From: a virus
Length of the DNA stretch: 64,000 nucleotides
Strand: one strand, 5' to 3'
IMG/VR virus record: IMGVR_UViG_3300034024_000020
Location: 51,704 to 115,703 of that record
Notes under the pieces: generated by a model
Database searches by the model: none
Seen by the model: the letters and a program-made list of their open reading frames with translations, nothing else
What the model was told of the DNA's origin: nothing
Part shown: piece by piece, positions 40,405 to 50,452 of the stretch
How the letters are laid out: each line of letters opens with the position of its first letter
How positions within the stretch are numbered: position 1 is the stretch's first letter
Translations under genes and position numbers: made by a program

Positions 40405-40799
40405 TATTTCCTATTTTTCAGCTTTTCGCGCTCCCGCTTCATTGCTTGTGCGGATTTTTCTATAACAGTTTGATCTAACCGGATTAGAGTTTCCAGAAAG
40501 ACCTCTTTATTCTCAATATTTGATACCTCTATATGAAACGGTAAAGCCGTATAGTCCTTACCTAAATAACCCACATCAGCTACTATTCTATCGGAGAGCT
40601 TACCAAAGATCACTATGGCCATTTGAACATCGTGGGGGAAGTCGTCTAAATCGGGCGGCATACGCCTAGGATCAGGTTCTTCCTCCATTTGCTCACATAG
40701 TAATAAATAGCGCTCTTTGGTTTCTCCGTTTTCAATATTACGCTGCCACTTCTCCAGCCGGTTCCACAGTTCTTCCTTCTGGCTGTGTACGAAAGTTAT
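40404..40799 (-). CDS. tail assembly chaperone C-terminal extension (p138-like), probably reached by frameshift
   Basis: Frame open from 40799; YLLLCEQMEEEPDP..DFP..VQ. Confidence 0.75.
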   Translation of the reverse strand: MTFVHSQKEELWNRLEKWQRNIENGETKERYLLLCEQMEEEPDPRRMPPDLDDFPHDVQMAIVIFGKLSDRIVADVGYLGKDYTALPFHIEVSNIENKEVFLETLIRLDQTVIEKSAQAMKREREKLKNRK

Positions 40800-41184
40800 C
40801 TAGATCAAAGACTACCTCGTTGAGCCATGTATCGAAGTCAGATGAATTAGCTACTAGTAGCTCTGCATCTTCCGTTGAGAATGGGACTTCCTCTTCTGGA
40901 TCAATTCCTGAAATTTCTACAGGCATCAATCTTTCTAGATACTTGTACTTGAGACCCTTCCAGTTTTTAACTGTAGCTCTAGTGAAGAGACTGATGAACT
41001 TATCATCATCAAGGACCTGCTCGGCACCTTCTCCTCTCTTGAACTTAGTGGTCATGCAACGCTTACGTAGAGCAATTAGCTCTGGACGTGCTAGAGTGGC
41101 TACTTCTACTTTGAATCCGGTGAAACCCGGAAAATCGACCCAAGCTGACTTTGTGTCAACCATTAACTTACTTAAAACGCTCAT
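40738..41184 (-). CDS. tail assembly chaperone (p139-like)
   Basis: WVDFPG..RKRC..VKNWKGLK..DLDNFR; upstream of the tape measure gene. Confidence 0.85.
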   Translation of the reverse strand: MSVLSKLMVDTKSAWVDFPGFTGFKVEVATLARPELIALRKRCMTTKFKRGEGAEQVLDDDKFISLFTRATVKNWKGLKYKYLERLMPVEISGIDPEEEVPFSTEDAELLVANSSDFDTWLNEVVFDLDNFRTQPEGRTVEPAGEVAA

Positions 41185-41193
41185 TTTTACTCC

Positions 41194-42108
41194 TTAAAGA
41201 TAGGTAGTGATTAGATTTCGAAGATTGGCAGGTGTTGCATTGACTCTTAAGTCATAAAACTGTAAAAATGCATCCTGTGTATCCAATCTGTTAGTAAACA
41301 CTACAGATGGTAGATTACAATCGAATGAATAGGTATTCAAACTATTTCCAACTCTTACTCTAAAAGAGGCAGTTGTAGACCATGTTTGTAGGTTTGCCCT
41401 GTTTTCGTCTGTAACATATTGCTGAACTGTGCCTGATAAGGTTTTACTAGACACGACAAAAGCCTCCGGATACGTAGTATCGGAAGCCCCAGTAACATAT
41501 AGCGATGAGTGGATGGTATTGTTTTCAATCCATTGAACCTCATTTTTAAGTTCAATAGTTACAGAAGTAATATTCTTCAATTCAACACCGTTTAACTGCA
41601 CTAGCATGTAATTTGGTAGGATAATACTAGAGTTAGGAACGGTGTCTAATGTCTGCAATACACCGGGAATGGCTGTTCCGCTAGCTCCGAACCTTGTAAG
41701 CCTACTTAATGTTCCTGAGATGGACATTGTTGGGATTTGATTCTTTACTAACTGAATGATGCCACTTTCGGCTACAGACTTTTTAAGTAGAAATATTTCT
41801 GTTCCTGTATCAACATACACATCAACAGCATATAAGCTATTGGCTGGGTTTGATAGAAGCCAATCAAGTAACGTACTTGTATTTGGACCTCTATTTAGAG
41901 GCGCTGACAAATTAAAATTACCTGGATTAGCTTTGTTGATTACTGCTCTCTCGAAATAGTCGAGCGGTCCATGAAGCGTTTTTACGTTACTAGACTTCTC
42001 TTCGAATGTTTGGGAGAATGAGATATCAGAATTGATTTCTATCTTAAACTTGAGATTGTCAAAGACTAGGTAAACTTTTGCGTCTTTTTTAAAGTTATAC
42101 GAAGCCAT
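41194..42108 (-). CDS. baseplate tube / minor tail protein (p140-like)
   Basis: SFSQTF..KTLH; paralog of the tail tube protein, in T5 order. Confidence 0.8.
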   Translation of the reverse strand: MASYNFKKDAKVYLVFDNLKFKIEINSDISFSQTFEEKSSNVKTLHGPLDYFERAVINKANPGNFNLSAPLNRGPNTSTLLDWLLSNPANSLYAVDVYVDTGTEIFLLKKSVAESGIIQLVKNQIPTMSISGTLSRLTRFGASGTAIPGVLQTLDTVPNSSIILPNYMLVQLNGVELKNITSVTIELKNEVQWIENNTIHSSLYVTGASDTTYPEAFVVSSKTLSGTVQQYVTDENRANLQTWSTTASFRVRVGNSLNTYSFDCNLPSVVFTNRLDTQDAFLQFYDLRVNATPANLRNLITTYL

Positions 42109-42166
42109 TGCAATTCCTCAGATACAGAAGAGGGGACAAATTTTGCCCCCTCTCCCATGTTCTTAC

Positions 42167-42195
42167 ATTATAGATAATGTGATGCTAAAAGTCAA
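42167..42195 (-). promoter_or_regulatory. late-arm promoter
   Basis: AATTTAGTTC-TTGACT-17-TATAAT. Confidence 0.85.
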
Positions 42196-42204
42196 GAACT
42201 AAAT

Positions 42205-43407
42205 TTACGCTGGTGCAACACCGACGTAACGAATAGCATCAACCTCATTAGCAGAACTAATGCTGGTTGGAAGTGCTGAGAAGTCCACGGACAGAGAGAT
42301 AACATCAGCGTTATCGTGTGTTGGGACTGTCAAGTGCACATTCGGGAAGCTAAACTCAATACCAGGTCCTCGCGGTCTGTCTCCCGCAGGGTCTTTACCA
42401 CCTACGTAGAACTTGACTGAGAAGCTGTTACGAACAGCATTTGTAGCAGCTGCAACATCCTCGAATAGGTCCATACTTCCGTTTGTCTTGTTATCTAGAT
42501 AAGCGGTCATTGAACCTCCGATTGTTCTAGCACCAGTGATGTGACCAAGTGGAGAGTTAACTCTACCTAGAACTTCTGGAGTTAGATAATCGAGGTTGTT
42601 GGTGAAGGTAATGGTACCACCGGTTAGAGTAATAGCATATGCCTTCGCGTCACTGTTACGAACAAGAGCCACCTGAGTGAGCTTGTTACGAATGAATGTG
42701 TTGGTTGAGTCAACAGCAGTACGAATAGCAGCACTTGCATCGAACGCAGCAAGTTCTTCTCGTACGCGTGAACCCATACCTGACCAGCTAAGAGTTGCAA
42801 TACCATCAATATCGAAGGTAATGCTGACCTCATTAATTGAGCATGAATTCAAACGGTAGATGGCGGTATCGCCGTCTAGTTCGTAGTTAGCGTCTGGAGC
42901 GTTGTTCGCACCTAATACAAAGACCAGATCGAAGGTTCCGAGAGTCAGAGTGTTAGAGTTATCGAAAGTTACATCCATATTGGTTGTACCGGTACGTACA
43001 ATCGGTGAACGACTACCTGCGAATGCTGCGTTAGCAGCTGGTGTATAGGTTGGCAGTGCAGGAGCAACACCTGGTGTTACTGTTGCATCGGCCACGAAGT
43101 TGGCCCAGAGGACCTCTTCAATTGCACCATGTGTAAGTGCACCCGCTGTACCTGAAGTAAACGGACGAACATAAGTGTCAAAGCTCCATTCCGCGGGTGC
43201 CACAGAATCTGTGAACATAGCGCGACCACGACGGCTCGCATTAGTTGAGTCCGCCATTTCTGAAAGTGTAATTTCAGAAGTATTTGTAGTCTGACTGAAT
43301 GCATAACCACCGAGAATTGGAATTTCCCACATGTTAGCCCCGTCCACCATGTATACTTTAGTATCTCTATTAAAGTATAGGTTCGGGTCGGTGTTTGCTA
43401 CTACCAT
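42205..43407 (-). CDS. major tail tube protein (pb6-like)
   Basis: RDTKVY, FSQ.T, PAEWSF.TY.RP, FDIDGIA..WSG. Confidence 0.9.
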   Translation of the reverse strand: MVVANTDPNLYFNRDTKVYMVDGANMWEIPILGGYAFSQTTNTSEITLSEMADSTNASRRGRAMFTDSVAPAEWSFDTYVRPFTSGTAGALTHGAIEEVLWANFVADATVTPGVAPALPTYTPAANAAFAGSRSPIVRTGTTNMDVTFDNSNTLTLGTFDLVFVLGANNAPDANYELDGDTAIYRLNSCSINEVSITFDIDGIATLSWSGMGSRVREELAAFDASAAIRTAVDSTNTFIRNKLTQVALVRNSDAKAYAITLTGGTITFTNNLDYLTPEVLGRVNSPLGHITGARTIGGSMTAYLDNKTNGSMDLFEDVAAATNAVRNSFSVKFYVGGKDPAGDRPRGPGIEFSFPNVHLTVPTHDNADVISLSVDFSALPTSISSANEVDAIRYVGVAPA

Positions 43408-43471
43408 TAATTTCTCCTACTATCCTTGAAAAGACCGTAGCTGTGAACATTTGTTCTTGCTTGATATTTTC

Positions 43472-43918
43472 TTAGTAATGTACTTGGAGTAGGATTTCGC
43501 CTACGCCGAGAGGGTCTAAAACCCCCTCATCTGTATCTATGCTCACGATAGTAATATCGTGTGTGAATTGTACGGCTCCTCGAGAATCTTGGTAAGCCAA
43601 CCTGCCGTTTTCTTCAATTACGGTTTCAATATCCTCGAGGAGCCTTTCTAGCGCAGCTACAGGGTCTTCGTCTTTAACGTAGACCCGGACAGTTACCGAA
43701 AGGTAACGATCCTTATATCCGCCCGCTTGATATTGTCTTCTCTCCATTCCTGTGGCGATATGAACAGCTGGAAACTGCTCTACCTCATCCCAGAACTGAA
43801 GCTTAGGAAGAATGTTATTATCTAAATCAGTAAGGTAATCCCCACTTCCATCAATTTCTTTTAACTTTTCGGACAGTGCGTTAACAATAGCCGAACGTCT
43901 AGTTGTATATTGCCGCAC
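43472..43918 (-). CDS. tail terminator (p142-like)
   Basis: FWDEV.QFP..LLEDIETVI..TDEGVL.P.GVGE. Confidence 0.85.
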   Translation of the reverse strand: MRQYTTRRSAIVNALSEKLKEIDGSGDYLTDLDNNILPKLQFWDEVEQFPAVHIATGMERRQYQAGGYKDRYLSVTVRVYVKDEDPVAALERLLEDIETVIEENGRLAYQDSRGAVQFTHDITIVSIDTDEGVLDPLGVGEILLQVHY

Positions 43919-45334
43919 TTAAACTCTCCTTGTGTAGAATCTAGAAATACCCGCTTGTGTAGCTAATTGTCTAACAGACAAATCGACTAAAGCTTTTGGG
44001 TCCCTACCTGGCTTATTCCAGGGCTGTCTACCTTTTTGTCTATCAAAAATATCATAAGGAGCTTTTTGATAAGTATATCCAATACTAGGGAATCCTTGAG
44101 CCGTTGGTGTTACATCTACAACTCTTGTACTTTCTGCAAATCTACCTGTTCTATTTCTAAGCCTAGGAGCGACCATGTTTGATCGCACTTGTTCAGGCAA
44201 TCTCTTATTAATGAAATTCATAAGAGATATGTAGCTTACATCAGCTGTTGGAGGCTTACGCTTTAAAGCTGGTGAAGGCTTTAATTTAACCCTCATAGCC
44301 TGCGTGGGCACCTTAATCTTACGCTTTCTGATTATCTTCTTACTACTTTTGGATGGAGTAGTATTGATAGGTTGTAGTAAAGCACGATCCGAGACACTAG
44401 CCCCCGTTTTTAGGGCTTCTTGCATAACAGTCTTGGATATTGCTCTTACTATAGAATCAGAAGCCTCTTGATTAACCCATTCTTCAGCAGGTCTAGTTCG
44501 TACAAACTTACCTAATTCTTTAATAAGTTCTTCTCTAACGCCTCTATCTTCTTCTTTTTTAGCGTTAGCAAGCTTTGATTCGATACCTATAGTGATAATT
44601 TTCTTTAGATCACTGACATTCTTGTTATGGAACTTAGCATCAGCGTCTAGAATTATAGACCTTGTCTGTTCCGCAGTTGCTACGTGTCTTGTGTTGCTTA
44701 ACGCAGCATCAATATCCTGTAATACTTGCTCTCTGAGAGCTTCATCTCCTCCAACTGTACCCTGAAGGGATCGCTGCAGTCTATCTGCAATAAAATATTG
44801 AACGTTTGAACCTTCTTCGTGTCCTAGTTCGAAGTTAGAAGTGAAACTTTCGTTCAACTTACCTCTTTTTAACTTAACTAGAAGCTCATTTAGCTCTTTC
44901 ATGAAGGGCTGGAGCACTTCATTACGTAATTTAGCCTTAGTACCCGTAGTTTGCTGCGTTAAAGCGTCAAAACTACTTAAATCTCGTCTAACCCAAGAGA
45001 CTAAAGTCACTCCATCGGGTTCCAAATGAACTTCGAACTTGTCACTTTTGCTACCACGGTCGTAAATCATGGCTATAATCATATCTGCATACTTGTTGCA
45101 GACGGATTTTACACGAACTACGTCCAATGGACCTAATTGAATTCTAGATTCCTTTAGCTGAACGAGTACCTGAGAAGCAAATTCGCTCTTTCTGAACCTG
45201 AAAGCATTAGCATATCGATTAGTATCACTTCTACGGAAGACTTTAATGTCTTGTTCATCACCTTTCTTACCTCTGTCCGTCATTATAGAGGTTTCTAATT
45301 GATTAATTAGATCGGAAAGGGCTGCTTTTGACAC
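43919..45334 (-). CDS. tail completion protein (p143-like) with long N-terminal extension
   Basis: C-terminal NM..P.L.NRTGRFA.S..YTY...PY. Confidence 0.75.
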   Translation of the reverse strand: MSKAALSDLINQLETSIMTDRGKKGDEQDIKVFRRSDTNRYANAFRFRKSEFASQVLVQLKESRIQLGPLDVVRVKSVCNKYADMIIAMIYDRGSKSDKFEVHLEPDGVTLVSWVRRDLSSFDALTQQTTGTKAKLRNEVLQPFMKELNELLVKLKRGKLNESFTSNFELGHEEGSNVQYFIADRLQRSLQGTVGGDEALREQVLQDIDAALSNTRHVATAEQTRSIILDADAKFHNKNVSDLKKIITIGIESKLANAKKEEDRGVREELIKELGKFVRTRPAEEWVNQEASDSIVRAISKTVMQEALKTGASVSDRALLQPINTTPSKSSKKIIRKRKIKVPTQAMRVKLKPSPALKRKPPTADVSYISLMNFINKRLPEQVRSNMVAPRLRNRTGRFAESTRVVDVTPTAQGFPSIGYTYQKAPYDIFDRQKGRQPWNKPGRDPKALVDLSVRQLATQAGISRFYTRRV

Positions 45335-45910
45335 TTAGTTCACCTTATATAGGTCCAAAATAGCTCTAATATACTTAGGTATACCTGTAGTTTCTGGTGG
45401 TGGACCTACCATAGTACTACCCATAGTAGTTCTAGTTGGCTTCCAGTCCTCATTAAAGTAGTGCGAGACCAACTCAATGGCCGCTAACTTAAGATCAGTA
45501 GGTGTTTCCTCATAACCAGTGGTATATGTTACCCGCACCGACCTTGACCAATTGCGTCCAAGTCTTACGAGCCCCCCTGTGCCTGTGCTAATGTTATAAG
45601 CATCGGCCGGTACTACGTAGTGAATTGTGCTATCTAGACCCTGCACATAATAATTAGCGCTAGGGCCAAACTCTTCCACTGAAATGATCTCTCTAACAGG
45701 ATAACCTGATAGATAAATACGGTCTTGCTCGAATGGGGTACTAATTTCTTCGACATAGGGCTCATCCCAATTGTCGATAATGTTGTGCCCACAATAAGTT
45801 TTAATTAAACTACTAACAGCTGAAATCAGAAAGGATAGTTTACTATCATTCTTAGTAGAAGTAATTTCCTTAAAGTTCTTATATTCTTCTAATGTGATTA
45901 AATCTGCCAT
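45335..45910 (-). CDS. head completion / head-tail connector (p144-like)
   Basis: LITLEEYK..VS.LIKTYC..YT.GY..P.DLKLA. Confidence 0.88.
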   Translation of the reverse strand: MADLITLEEYKNFKEITSTKNDSKLSFLISAVSSLIKTYCGHNIIDNWDEPYVEEISTPFEQDRIYLSGYPVREIISVEEFGPSANYYVQGLDSTIHYVVPADAYNISTGTGGLVRLGRNWSRSVRVTYTTGYEETPTDLKLAAIELVSHYFNEDWKPTRTTMGSTMVGPPPETTGIPKYIRAILDLYKVN

Positions 45911-45918
45911 AATTTAAC

Positions 45919-45948
45919 AAAAACCTTGGGGGACCCGAAGGTCCCCCA
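45919..45948 (-). terminator. intrinsic terminator after the capsid gene
   Basis: 9-bp GC stem with cUUCGg loop and downstream U-run on the minus strand. Confidence 0.85.
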
Positions 45949-45959
45949 TCGGCCTGTGA

Positions 45960-47945
45960 TTACGCCCCGTAACGAAGCGCAACGACGGAAGTTGCATCCG
46001 GGATGATCTCTGCGAAACCAAGACGCTGGCTACTAACCAGAACCTGGCGCTGCTGCTCAACCTGATACTCGCTTTCTACGGTCATACCACGAAGACGTGG
46101 AACAACGAAGTTACGACGGTTAAGAGCAAGTGCGAAGACCTTACCTGCTGCTGGGGCTGCGAACTCGTCGCAGATCATAACGCGTGATCCGTAAAGAAGA
46201 CCAACCTGACCGGTTAGCTTAGTTGCCTGGTTACCAACAAGGTCGGCATCCTGGAACTCAGCGTCCTCCATAAGATCGAAATAAGCGTGCTGTGATACAA
46301 TGTATACAACATCATCTGGTCGTAGACCATACTTACCCATTGTACGACGTAGAGATAGCAATCCTGCTGCGGTCAGAGTGGTGTCTGAAGCATCAGAAGT
46401 TACTAGTCTTCCACCAGTACGAGCGATCTTGATAAGACCATTAGCTGCACCTGAGGTGTAGTTACCGTCAACGTCGTTACCTGCTAGAAGCATGTTCTCA
46501 ACACCACGCTGGTGGGAGCGAGCCATTGCCTCACGGATAAGTGGAAGGATCGGAATGATCGCGTCCTCTTCAGTTTCGTTACCAAGATATGACTTTGCAA
46601 TCATCTTGACAGTACGAAGCTCGACGTCGCTGAGAGTGATACCCTCGTACGGAGCACCGTAAGGCGCACCACGACGGTCCATGTTACCGTTTGGCTGAGT
46701 ACCGCTAGCAGTAGTGTTAGCAGTGATCTCGGCGTAACCGGCATCAGGCATGATCTGGAAAGTCTGAGTTGCAGAGTTCATACGAACCTCTCTGAATAGA
46801 GGGGCTAGAATGAGGTCGTTCCAAATTTCACGCTCGATGTTGGTACCAACGGTTGTTTCAAGTGCGTCTGAACCAACAGTAACGGTTGAGTGAGCGTTAA
46901 CCTTTTCCATGACTGACTTACCGAACTCGGTCTCGTCAATCTTCTTCTTAAGCACTCGTGCTAGGATGAAAGCATCCTCTGCCTCTGCCATATTCGCCTT
47001 GATTGCGCTTCCTGCGTCACCCTTACGGTCGCCGAACTCAATCTTACGCTGACGCATAGACTTAATTTCCTCAGAACGCTCCTCAAGAGCCTCTCTGAGT
47101 TCCTTTAGCTCTGCTTCATGCTTGTCGCTGCTTTCCTTGACAGCCTTGTTGACTGTTTCGCCTACTTGCTCAAGAAGCTTTTCCTCAGTTGACTTAGAAG
47201 CGGCTTCAGCTGCCTTAGTAGCTGCCTCCTCCATGCGCTTTTCCTGAGCTTCTCTTTCAGCTTTCGCCTTAGCCTCGTCTTCTAGACGCTTACGCTCAGT
47301 CTCGAGTGCCTTCTTAGTTGCCGCATCGACCAGAGCTTGAATTTCTACTTCGTCCATTTTTTTCTTTCCTGACGGCTCTAGGCCGTCTTTCGGTGAGGGT
47401 TCAGTAGCAATTACTTCATCGACCTGACCGGGGGTTATTTCTAATTCTTCTTGAACGAACTTCTTGTACTCTTCTGCATTCTTAAAGGACTTAGCCAAAG
47501 AGAATGTAGCGTCTTGGTTGCAAGGCACAGTTACGACTGATACCTCAAGTAGTTCCGCATCTTTAATAATATAACCATCATTGGTTTTATTATAGTCGGC
47601 GTCCTTAATCATAAACCCAACGGAGAATGTGGTAAGAACGCCATCCTTAATTAATCCGTGGGTATTTCCTGCGGACTTAGAGATAACCGAAGAAATCTTA
47701 AGTCCACGCTCGTCAACTTCCAAATCAGTAGTACGTCCGATAGGATTACTATAATTGTGATTGAAGAGAATAATTGGGTTTTTCTTATAGTTTTCTAGAC
47801 CACCCTTTGTCCATGCTTCGGGTAGGATTATATCTCCTACCCGATCTGTATCGACTGTACTAGCGTAACCGCTGATCTTTACGTGATCATCATCTACATC
47901 TTGTACCTTTTGAATGGCTGAGTACAGTTTAAATACTTTGTGCAT
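45960..47945 (-). CDS. HK97 prohead protease fused to major capsid protein
   Basis: GYAST..DR.GD, LFNH, FSVGF, LLEVSVV; then coiled-coil delta domain and HK97 capsid fold. Confidence 0.92.
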   Translation of the reverse strand: MHKVFKLYSAIQKVQDVDDDHVKISGYASTVDTDRVGDIILPEAWTKGGLENYKKNPIILFNHNYSNPIGRTTDLEVDERGLKISSVISKSAGNTHGLIKDGVLTTFSVGFMIKDADYNKTNDGYIIKDAELLEVSVVTVPCNQDATFSLAKSFKNAEEYKKFVQEELEITPGQVDEVIATEPSPKDGLEPSGKKKMDEVEIQALVDAATKKALETERKRLEDEAKAKAEREAQEKRMEEAATKAAEAASKSTEEKLLEQVGETVNKAVKESSDKHEAELKELREALEERSEEIKSMRQRKIEFGDRKGDAGSAIKANMAEAEDAFILARVLKKKIDETEFGKSVMEKVNAHSTVTVGSDALETTVGTNIEREIWNDLILAPLFREVRMNSATQTFQIMPDAGYAEITANTTASGTQPNGNMDRRGAPYGAPYEGITLSDVELRTVKMIAKSYLGNETEEDAIIPILPLIREAMARSHQRGVENMLLAGNDVDGNYTSGAANGLIKIARTGGRLVTSDASDTTLTAAGLLSLRRTMGKYGLRPDDVVYIVSQHAYFDLMEDAEFQDADLVGNQATKLTGQVGLLYGSRVMICDEFAAPAAGKVFALALNRRNFVVPRLRGMTVESEYQVEQQRQVLVSSQRLGFAEIIPDATSVVALRYGA

Positions 47946-47948
47946 GAA

Positions 47949-49244
47949 TTACTTCTTTGCAGCTGGCTTTGCTCCTGCTGTCTTAGCCGCTGGCTTGGTA
48001 GCTACGGGCTTTGGAGTTTCTTCAGGCTTCGGAGCCTCTTCCTCACTTTCGCTCTCTGTTTCCGCTGTTCCTGCGAACTTTGGATCAGGGTTACGATCGG
48101 CTGGAGGAGCTTCTGGATTGTCCTTGTTTTGTTCAAAGTTTACAGTCTCGTCGACTTCCTTAGCGTGCTTTCCACCCATTCCCATGCTTGAAGCTAGTGG
48201 TTTTGCACCATCAGTTTCAGGCTTTTCAGCTTCCGGTGCTGTTTCAACTTTCGCGAAACCTACCTTCTTCATGCGCTCATCGCTGACACCGACTAGGTCT
48301 TCAGCTGGAGCACGATCTGCTGGTGGAGCATTTTCTGGTGCTTCGTCAATTAGAATATCACTTGCACCAACTGCGTCACGTGCGCGCTCACCACGTAGGG
48401 CTGCACTCATTGACATGTCGATCTCAGTATCTTCTAGACGTGCAATAGCTTCCTTAGTTTCTGGGCGAAGCTTCTTTCCTTCTGCTGCCACAAACTCACC
48501 AATTCTTTCATCGGTAGCTGGGTCAACATAAGGACGTAGCTCATTACGAGCACGTGCTTCTGCCTCACGAGTTAGGTGTCCGTCAGAGTCATCCTCTTCA
48601 AGCATTGCTAGAGCGGAACCCTCTGGGGTTGCTGCTAGAAGCGCTGAACGCTCAGTACGCTCGTTTGCACGTACCTGAGTTGCATGCTTGAGATCCTGAT
48701 CTTCAACGCCACCAAGTAGTTCCTTACCTAGTGCTGAACCTTCTGCTGTCTTAGCTAGCATTGCGTGCTCTTCAGCAACTGCTCTAGCTAGAGATTCCTT
48801 AAGAACCTTGGCATCGACGCTTTCAGTTCCGCCTTTACGGACCTTATTTTCGCGCGCACCTTCAGGTGTCTTTGCATTAAGGGCATCTGCTTCAATCTGC
48901 GCACGAGCGGCCTCTTCACGAGCTGTCTTCTGCTCTACATCTTCACCGACTGAACGGAGAAGAGCTTCGCGCTGTGCAGCCTCGTTATTTGCCGCAAAAA
49001 TAAGCTTACGAGAGTCGTTATCTGGACCCGGCTTATTATCGTTGCGGATATTAAATCCTCTTTTTGCCACTATTTTCTCCATTCTAGACCAGTTGCCGAA
49101 GACTTTCTTCACACTCTCTAGTCTAATTGGGGTGTCCTTTTCCTTTCTATATTCTTTCTGGGTAAGGACGCCTCCTTTTGATTCGAAATACTCGCCTAAA
49201 ATCTGAGCAGTTCTACTTCTTTGTCCGCGTACTATTGTATTCAT
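47949..49244 (-). CDS. Ala/Glu-rich repetitive head-region protein
   Basis: Between portal and protease; internal A.TPEG and APPADR repeats. Confidence 0.7.
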   Translation of the reverse strand: MNTIVRGQRSRTAQILGEYFESKGGVLTQKEYRKEKDTPIRLESVKKVFGNWSRMEKIVAKRGFNIRNDNKPGPDNDSRKLIFAANNEAAQREALLRSVGEDVEQKTAREEAARAQIEADALNAKTPEGARENKVRKGGTESVDAKVLKESLARAVAEEHAMLAKTAEGSALGKELLGGVEDQDLKHATQVRANERTERSALLAATPEGSALAMLEEDDSDGHLTREAEARARNELRPYVDPATDERIGEFVAAEGKKLRPETKEAIARLEDTEIDMSMSAALRGERARDAVGASDILIDEAPENAPPADRAPAEDLVGVSDERMKKVGFAKVETAPEAEKPETDGAKPLASSMGMGGKHAKEVDETVNFEQNKDNPEAPPADRNPDPKFAGTAETESESEEEAPKPEETPKPVATKPAAKTAGAKPAAKK

Positions 49245-50452
49245 TTGTTGGGGTCCTTAGCAGGAGGTCTGCCACCTTGGTTAGGATCTACTGCACTACC
49301 TGCAATGTTAGCTGGGATAACGAGATCATCGTGACCCTCTTTCGGTTCTCTTCCAAGTTCGGCTCTCGCCTCATTTCTTGAAATAATTCCTGTACTAACT
49401 AGAGACTGGTAGTACGCGGCCTGATCAGCTAGTTCTGGTCTTAGGGCCTCAATATATGTAGTGTCTTCATAGACTTCGAAACCGAAGAATCGCTCAATCG
49501 CCGCATTAATCTTTTCAACAATGGGCATGATTGTTTCTAGGTAGTACATTCTGTGATTAGGTCTAAGGTTCGCGTTATTACCAGCATCAATTAGTACTGG
49601 CGGAACACCTAGAGCTTTGAGAATGACCTTTTCACTTTCTATGATGGCATTCTGGAAGTCCAATTCCTTGAAATTCATATTAGATATGGCATCGACAGTA
49701 AGTCCGCCATCAAGAATAATAGGACGCTTTCCTCCAGTACCAGGTCTATATCTTGCCGACCACTCTTCAATCAAACGATTTTTCATTCGCTCATTAAGAG
49801 TGTTTTCAGTCTTAAGAACAAGTCCTGGAACAGCTCCGTTCTTAAAGAAGTTATCCTGAAATTCTCGCATGCTCATGATAAGAGACATAGTTCTTAAAGC
49901 AGGCTGAAGTCTGGAACTTCCTCTGTAGATAGTCTTGTAACTATTATCTTTGACGTGGATTATTTCGTCCACTTCGTATCGGATGGAACCTCTGAAATCA
50001 TAGTGACTAACAAAGGTTTCTTTATCGGCTACAACCTTCATGTCCACCGCTGGAAGATGGAATAAATGCATTCCATCATAGTACATGAAGATATTACCAT
50101 CTAAAACTAAATCCATTATAAGAGCGCGCTTAAAGCTACTAATATCCTGGAATGGGTTAGGCTCTTTATTAAGTAGACGATCCAGTGTTACCTTTCTTAC
50201 CCCTCGCACTAGAGGGGTCATTCCAGTAATTGGATCGCCTATTTTGTTCTTAATGGCTGCGGTGTCATCTACAATCATGTTGACTGCACGATTAACTACC
50301 TCTAACTTTTCATAGCACATTTGGAAGGATAGAACCTTCTCTTGGCTGCTATATTCTGCTGTACCTCCGCCACTAATAAGACTTTGGGCGGGATTCAGTT
50401 TCTCCTCGGAAGGAGTAGCAATCTTATCAAGTGTCCACTTAACAAAGCCCAT
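49241..50452 (-). CDS. portal protein
   Basis: PNPFQ, DGNIF, EIIH.K, FFKNGAVPG, GVPP. Confidence 0.95.
   Translation of the reverse strand: MGFVKWTLDKIATPSEEKLNPAQSLISGGGTAEYSSQEKVLSFQMCYEKLEVVNRAVNMIVDDTAAIKNKIGDPITGMTPLVRGVRKVTLDRLLNKEPNPFQDISSFKRALIMDLVLDGNIFMYYDGMHLFHLPAVDMKVVADKETFVSHYDFRGSIRYEVDEIIHVKDNSYKTIYRGSSRLQPALRTMSLIMSMREFQDNFFKNGAVPGLVLKTENTLNERMKNRLIEEWSARYRPGTGGKRPIILDGGLTVDAISNMNFKELDFQNAIIESEKVILKALGVPPVLIDAGNNANLRPNHRMYYLETIMPIVEKINAAIERFFGFEVYEDTTYIEALRPELADQAAYYQSLVSTGIISRNEARAELGREPKEGHDDLVIPANIAGSAVDPNQGGRPPAKDPNK

Noticed and set aside
43445-43456. GAACATTTGTTC (Gram-positive-type SOS box)
   Set aside because: Single copy and inconsistent with the inferred host; likely chance
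47914-48531. 205-aa + strand ORF
   Set aside because: Antisense shadow of a codon-biased Ala/Glu-rich gene; no RBS or motif
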